Below are positions 56,482-64,000 of a stretch of DNA of 64,000 nt, piece by piece. The notes under the pieces were generated by a model. The model saw only the letters and a list, made by a program, of their open reading frames with translations. It had not been told where the DNA came from and did not search any database. The translations under genes were made by a program, and so were the position numbers. Positions within the stretch are counted from its first letter, which is position 1, and each line of letters starts with the position of its first letter. The stretch lies in NCBI GenBank assembly GCA_964252035.1, contig OZ176205.1; one strand, 5' to 3'. The stretch comes from Podarcis erhardii (Eukaryota).

Positions 56482-56669
56482 TTAACGGGGGGAAGAAGGC
56501 AAAATATCTCATTTGTACACAGGGTATGTCCAATTCATCCAATGTAATAATAATAAAACTTATCTGAAGGTACAGGACAAGAAAAACAAACTATCAGAAT
56601 CACAATGATTTGGGTTCAAGAGTGCATGGACTTTGTGTTGAGTGGTATATGCTCCAATTCTTACTCCAA

Positions 56670-56990
56670 AACAGGGTTGCAGGCCACAATCCCAGAGGCC
56701 TCCAGGTTCCCCCCAGGCCATGCCCCCTTTCCCCAGGCAGTGCCCCTCACTGGCCCTGCCCTGCATCCTTCTTAAGTGCCTTTGCCTTGCTCGTATTAGT
56801 CTCTGAATGGTGGTAATGCCTGTGTGGTGCTCTGATTTTTGCTGGGCTGGTATGGAGTCTACTGGACAAAGGAAAGAACATCTGTTGCTCCAGAAACATT
56901 TGGCCCTGGCCCCACCTGCCCCATGCATGCACCCCCCAGAAGGTTGTCCATGAGGTAATGTGGCCATTGGTTTGAAACAGATTCCCTGCC
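56670..56990. mobile_element. Degenerate hAT-type MITE related to 29416/32206
   Basis: ccagaggcctccaggttcccccaggccatgcccc similar to 29700-29740; right end aatgtggccattggtttgaaacagattccc. Confidence 0.4.
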
Positions 56991-57297
56991 GCTGCTCTAA
57001 AAGGAAAAGGTAGAAGGAAATGTAAGACTGAAAAATGGAAAGCATGAAAGGAACACTTCAAACTAAAGTGGGAACACAAAGGTTCATTTTTATAGAACAA
57101 AACTCAGAATAAACCCAAATTGTATTATAAGAATATATCTTTCTGTCCACCGCCAGCTTGTCTCTGTTCTTGTTCCCAATTCTGAGTACCACAGTGGGTG
57201 GTCACTTTCAACCTAGTCACACAACATTGAGCTCTCAGTGACATCAAAGAGTCAGAAATTACTGGAATACAGAAATAACCTGAACCAAACAAAATTA

Positions 57298-57708
<411 letters not shown>

Positions 57709-59341
57709 TTAGTTCCCTAATTCCAGAAAACCAAATTCTATAAGACCTTCAGGTGAATTTAGCATTTCTAAGATAAGAGGCAAATTTGCATGATCAAATC
57801 TTGGTTTAATGATACAGGGATGATATTCTTTAAATATTTAATGGCCTGTTTGTTCTCTCTTAGCAAGTTACAGACAGGGAGACAAGCCTGAGAAACGGTA
57901 AACCACTACGGTACTTTACAGTAAGATAAATGTACTCATGACTCAGCGAAGATCAGAAGTGCTTTGAGCACCTTCAAAACATATCACAGCACTCTGGAAA
58001 ATTCCTTGCCCTGCTCCCCAACAGCATCAGCTACGAGCTCAAGGAAGAGAGCTGACCTTGTATGTGATGAACACCACTTTGGAGACAGTGTAAATGTTCA
58101 GAAATGCAGTGCAAAATAGATGAACCCAAACTCTTATTGGAGCCAGGCCAGTCTCTCATTGTGCAGATGAGCACCTTTGAAGCCCTCCCCTGCTCCCAGT
58201 GGGGAGGGACAGGGTCCTGGGAGCCTCCAATTTCTGCTGGCTGCTCAAGCCCTGGCTACCTAAACCAGCCAAAATTTATTGACCCTTTTTCTAAGTGTTT
58301 TGCTAGAATACTTGGCATGCCACCAGGATCAAGCTGCATGTGATTTAAAAGTCAAAAGAATGACAAATCCCTGAAAAAGCCAAATAACATATAAATGAGA
58401 TTTGGACACTTTAAACCTTAATAGGATTTGGGCACTTTGGCCTCAGTCCTAAACCACTTTTACCCTTCATTGGGCTCCATCCAATATATTCCACTATTAA
58501 TAGCTTGAAGAGGAAGACAAAAATTCTGGACATAATTACAAGAAAAAAATATTCCTCACAAACTAAATAAACTTTAAACCCAAATAAACTGAGTATTGGG
58601 TCAAGTTCCATTTATGAATGGAATGTCTACCAATTGCAGGATTTAATTTTTAGATGTACTGAATATCTGATTCAATAAATAAACAAACAAGCAAGCTCAG
58701 TGCCTTTTGCAAGACAGACCATATTGCAAGGTTATCTGTTGCCAGGACTTTTTGAATTTGGCATTCCAAAGCGTAAATTTCAATGTCAGATTCTTCATCC
58801 AAAATATATTGTGCATGATAGTACAATACTCATATTTTAAAAGTTTATATATATACACCATCATAATGGGTAGTTTTTCTGTATTTAGACATAGCGTATG
58901 CTTACAAACAACACAGTGAAAGCATTAGTGCCATGGTGGTGGTTGGTTTCATGAAACAGAGAGCACCTGAGAAAAAAATCCTACATAAAGGCTGATGCAG
59001 TGTTCATGTACTTGACATGCCATGCTCCCCATAGGATTCTTAAAGAAGTCTAAATGCCATGCTTTGCATCAGCTGCCAATCAAAGGATCAATACACATAG
59101 TGATAAAACCATTATCAAAAAATGGCATCTCCATACGGTACGGGTCGACTATATGTATGTATCCCACATTACATTGTCCACGGACCAAGAGGACTGCAGA
59201 ATCATCAAGGCCTTTGTCACTGTTTTGCTTTATACTTATAATCAAAAGCACCATGCACTGGTACACTGTTATAACCACTACTGTCTTCCAATTTTAATTG
59301 CATTATGCACATAGTGTCATGTGACGTCTTTTGCATTTTAC

Positions 59342-59412
59342 CTGTTATGATACACAACAGCTGTATATGCTTCTTTTGAAAATTCAGCACAGCTGGATTT
59401 TCCAAATATTAC
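59342..59412 (-). CDS. DOCK7: DOCK7 exon (DHR1/C2)
   Basis: ttgcag|gtaata...aacag|gtaaaa; [23 protein letters not shown]; 71 nt. Confidence 0.94.
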
Positions 59413-60286
59413 CTGCAAAAGGAAATAAAACAAGACAATTTAACATTGCTTTTGAGTTCTAGAAGTTAGGCTAAGAGCCAAGAGCCTTTACCAACATCAG
59501 TGAAATGTCGGTCAATTTTGCCAAGGCAAAATGAACACCAGAACCTCTACTGGTAAAATTACATTTTATATACCGGTAATTATGATGCACATCAGTTTAA
59601 ACAATGATTACAAATGGAAATCGGGCAGGAGGTGATTTGGCTGGAATGCTGGTTGCTACAATTTCATGAGAGAGGCGATTCCATTTCTCTGCTGCACATT
59701 AAGCAATGTTGGTTGTATGAGCATTGTAGAAAAGAAATGGCAAGAACTACATAAGCACAAGCCCAAATGCACCATGAAGTTTGAAAGGTTAGATTAGGCT
59801 TGCGTAGGGGCTCATGATTGTGGCTATCCATAAAGGAGTTTTCTCAGCAATGGCCACTCAATTGTGAGACTGTCCAGTTGAGGGTCCTTTACAATGTATA
59901 AAAGACCTTTGAAGACAGCTCTTTCCTCACCAGCTGTTAGTGGGTAACATTGTCTTGAGGATTTTGTGCTGTGGGTCCTTGGATTTTAATGCTGCTTTTC
60001 TCATTTGAAATGCATGGAGCATATGTTTCTCCAATTCTTATATTTTATTTGTATATTCTAATGTGTGTAAAACAATCTTAGATGCTGTGGAAGCCACTCT
60101 GTAGTGAAGACTTCTAAAAAAGTGGGGTATAAATTTATTCAATTAGTAAATAAATTAGAGGAAACAACATGTCATAAAATAACATGTCATAAATATTTAA
60201 ATTTAATATGAACTGTGCTATATTTCTGTTGGGCTTGCAGAAAGGATAGGAAGCAACACTGAGTCCAAAGCAGACTGCTCAGGCTA

Positions 60287-60550
<264 letters not shown>

Positions 60551-60903
60551 TCATACAATAATGAAGATATACCAAAGTGTCTTGGGCATCAGTTATAAAC
60601 TACTGGAGCAATGTAGCAGTGTGTTGTGTGAGGCCAACGATGCACATTATTGCATCTTTTCTGCCTGCTTTCTTACACTTCTGAAACATAAAAAATGCAA
60701 AGAGAAATCATGTAAGAGAAGTAGCCTGCAAACAGCAAAGGAAAACGAGAGTCAGAATGCATTATTTCTCAATATATCTTTGCCCATTTTGACATGACGC
60801 ATCTACGTTTTACCATTTGGCTTTTCACAAACTCCCAAAAACAAAACATCACTGGGTCACTTGCTACAGATCCTCCACCAATGGTTTGGCATATACTATA
60901 TTC

Positions 60904-61039
60904 AAGGCATAGACAAACTTTGCCCTCCAGATATTTTGGGACTACAACTTCCATCATCCCTAGCTAACAGGACCAGTGGTCAGGGATGTTGGGAGTTGTA
61001 GTCCCAAAACATCTGGAGGGCCGAGTTTGCCTACGCTTG
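60904..61039. mobile_element. hAT MITE, same family as 7152-7284
   Basis: aaggcatagacaaact...agtttgcctacgcttg; TSD ctatattc/ccatattc. Confidence 0.8.
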
Positions 61040-62621
61040 CCATATTCCATATTCCACTGAGCCACAACTTCCCTGACTCACCACGACGCTCCATTCTCAA
61101 TGGGTTGCTTCCAATGGCTCATATTCTCCAAACAGACAGAATCTCCCTCTGTCAGAGGAAGGAACCTTCTGTTGTCAGTAGCAGACATACCTTCGAATCA
61201 AACCCAATAGATTTTGCATTTTTCTTGTGCTACACAGAATGGTGGACTACAGAGCCACATTATCTTTCTGCATTCCATACACTGCAGCAAGCTGAAGTGA
61301 GCAGATAGGGCATTCTTTCTGTTTCAAAGGAAGACCTTCATGCTGAATTAAGCGCCGGAATTTCATCCCCATTGGTCCTCTGGCTTAATCAATGTTCTCT
61401 TTATTATTTCTGCAGGCGGCTGCTGAAATACTTCTTTTTCCTCCTTTTTTGTGGCTCTCCTAAATTACCTCATTCTGGCATGAATACATTTGCTCCTCAA
61501 CGTGCTTTTTCAAATAAAAATGGATATGAAAATTTACTTTAAAATGTTCTTTTCTCATAAAACTTTCATTAAGTGTTATTAGTAGCTTAAGAGAGGGATT
61601 TAAATGTATTTGCGAAGCCAAGCTGTGTGATCCCTATATTAAGAACAGTGTTCTTCTGGGGACTCATATTGGTACTGGCCATTAAAAAAAAAAAGGACTT
61701 ATGCCCTTTGCACTCTTCTTTGGTGATATTTTCTCTTAAGTACAGGTGAGGAACCTTTCTATCCAAAGCGAAACTGTTTTGGTTAGAAGGTTAAAAGTTT
61801 CTCCTTCTGTTCAACATGCATCTATTTGCTTTAAAAAGCTCAGCAAACAGAATCCTGGCCCGGGGTTGACAGTGTTGCAAGAGGAAAAGAAATGAAGAGT
61901 TAAAACCCCACAACTTGCATCCAATAGGACAAATGCCATCATACTTTCTCGTGACGATCCTGGAAGTGATCTTCTTTCTCCCTTCCAGGCTATGTCTCTT
62001 TCCTTGTCTCTGCAGTGAATTATCTCTTTAAAACCCTACACTCTTCATATAGCATTCTGCCAGCGCATGGTATATTTTGTCATAGGTATGACCTTCTTAT
62101 AGTGTACTCCTACACATGAATTTTTCAGAGTCTTATAAATCCCTTACAGCTTTATATCCCCTTTGGGGTTCAATGGTGTCCTAAAGTATGGAGGAAATCA
62201 TTTCTGTTTGGATAACATGGTGGCCCCCTTCCTAATTTGCATATACTCTCCCTTTTCAGCCTTTATTATGATCCACACGGATGCCAACCACCAAGAAGGA
62301 ATGATGGCCCAAGCAAGGAGAGATCAGTAGTTCCAGGCTCCCCAGGCAGCCAGGGCAAAACAAGGCTATGCATCGTTGAAGGAGATCAAAGTGGAGGTAC
62401 AGTACTCCTATAGCTGAGGCCAAAACATGCAAGTTGTCTCAGCAAGGTCCTTGAGCAACTGGTCAAATTTTATAGGAGGGCTAGGTAGTCACTGACTAGA
62501 AGCCTCACCACTTAAGTACTGCCTCCAGCTGATCTCTCCTCACAGCTGATCAAAAAAAAGTCCCTGTCATAAATGGCTAGTCAGGTTGGTTTGTCTGTTT
62601 CGATGTCCAAAAAGCCTAACG

Positions 62622-62702
62622 AGGACACAGGTTACACTCATTTAAGTTTAATGATCAACTACCTCAACTTGACTTTTCAGGTCTGAGCAGCACATATTTA
62701 TA
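62622..62702 (+). promoter_or_regulatory. Putative ANGPTL3 proximal promoter (DR1-like site, HNF1 site, TATA-like box)
   Basis: AGGACA-C-AGGTTA at 62622-62634; TTTAATGATCAAC at 62647-62659 (near HNF1 consensus GTTAATNATTAAC); TATTTATA at 62695-62702, about 95 nt upstream of the ATG. Confidence 0.55.
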
Positions 62703-62795
62703 GGCAAACTAAGTTGCAAGGACTATCACATAGAAAGGCTAACAGCAGCTTGGAAAAGCTTTTCTTTTCCAAAGGCTATCATAAGCAGAAAGAAA

Positions 62796-63284
62796 ATGAA
62801 AATAATACTAGTATTACTCTTCGTAATTTCTCTAGTTGCTGCAACTAGACTAGATGGAGATGAGTTTTCCTTTGTACCAGAATCTCCTGAGCCAAGGTTT
62901 GCTATGTTACATGATGTGCAATTACTAGCCAACGGGCTGCTCCAGCTTGGGCGTGGCCTTAAAGACTTTGCCATCAAGACCAAAGGCCAGATGGATGACA
63001 TCTTTCAGAAACTTCACCTTTTCGACCAATCTTTTAATGAGATCTCGAAACAAGCCAATGAGATAAAAGAAGACGAGGAACAGCTAAAAAACACTACTTC
63101 CATGTTGCAAGTCAATAACGAAGAGATAAGGAACATCTCTGTGGAGCTGAATTCCAAGATAGAAATACTTTCACGGGAGAAGATTCAACTTCAGGATAAA
63201 GTAGGGAAGCTGGAAGAAAAAATAACCAAATTGTTTCAGACCCAGACTGAAAATCAGGAGCCTGACGAAATTGCATCACTTAAA
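62796..63284 (+). CDS. ANGPTL3: ANGPTL3 exon 1 (signal peptide and N-terminal coiled coil), nested antisense in a DOCK7 intron
   Basis: MKIILVLLFVISLVAA signal peptide; RFAMLHDVQLLANGLLQLGRGLKDFAIKTKGQMDDIFQKL motif; heptad coiled coil; donor cttaaa|gtaagt; position matches known DOCK7/ANGPTL3 synteny. Confidence 0.95.
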
Positions 63285-63553
63285 GTAAGTAGCAGGTATG
63301 GAATAGATTTAATATTGCCAAAGTTACCTGAAATGGTTTCCAGACTACTGATGGAATCCCAAGCTCCAAAGTCAATTATGACCTTGTTGCACTAATATCA
63401 GTGATGTAAAATATACTTTATCTAGCAGCTGTTTCATACAGTTTCACTTTGTTTCCAGCGATAAGTAAAATTAAGATGCTAAAACGTTTTAAAAAATTAA
63501 GACGCTAAATTAGATCACTCTTTGGGGAAGGAATAGCCAAAACTTCCTTTGCA

Positions 63554-63607
<54 letters not shown>

Positions 63608-64000
63608 TTATTATTTGTACCCCGCCCATCTGGCTGGGTTTCCCCAGCCACTCTGGGCGGCTTCCATAAAAACCAGAAATACATTAAAATATCACAGATT
63701 AAAAACTTCCCTGAACAGGGCTGCCTTAAGATGTCTTCTGAATGTCAGGTAGTTATTTATCGCTTTGACATCTGATGGGAGGACGTTCCACAAGGCGGGT
63801 GCCACTACCGAGAAGGCCCTCTGCCTGGTTCCCTGTAGCTTTGCTTCTCGTAATGAGGGAACCGCCAGAAGGCCCTCGGCGCTGGACCTCAGCGTCCGGG
63901 CAGAACGATGGGGGTGGAGACGCTCCTTCAGGTATATTGGGCCGAGGCCGTTTAGGGCTTTAAAGGTCAACACCAGCACTTTGAATTGTGCTCGGAAACG
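63554..64000 (-). mobile_element. L2-clade LINE 3' end in ANGPTL3 intron 1, runs off the window
   Basis: Minus-strand ORF FKALNGLGPIYLKERL...RAFSVVAPALWNVLP typical of the L2 ORF2 C-terminus; (ATT)n tail at 63554-63606. Confidence 0.88.

Overview
This is vertebrate genomic DNA, not prokaryotic. The repeat content (Sauria SINE, Squam3-like SINE, L2 tails, small hAT and Tc1 MITEs, a Penelope-like end) points to a squamate, probably a lacertid lizard. The window shows the USP1-DOCK7-ANGPTL3 synteny block. (1) The last seven coding exons of USP1 lie on + (533-10792). (2) The 3' 36 exons of DOCK7 lie on - (60509 down to the stop at 12769), tail-to-tail with USP1, and include a 15-nt microexon. (3) ANGPTL3 exon 1 (62796-63284) lies on +, nested in a DOCK7 intron. 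I traced every exon by hand from GT-AG boundaries; the phases chain with no frameshift for USP1 and DOCK7. Most ORFs in the supplied track are spurious or are exon read-throughs. I found no new multi-gene system. The most notable unexplained-looking signals are: a minimal hammerhead ribozyme motif in a 137-bp Penelope-like insertion with a 13-bp TSD, in sense to the DOCK7 pre-mRNA; a Sauria SINE with twin-priming-type 5' inversion and a 9-bp TSD; an STGWE/DGK microexon plus alternative-acceptor switch in DOCK7 DHR2; a candidate unannotated 30-nt in-frame microexon; a 38-bp intronic copy of a DOCK7 exon; and a His-to-Arg change in the ANGPTL3 LPL-inhibitory motif. Repeat family names and comparisons to human proteins come from recall and were not checked against databases.
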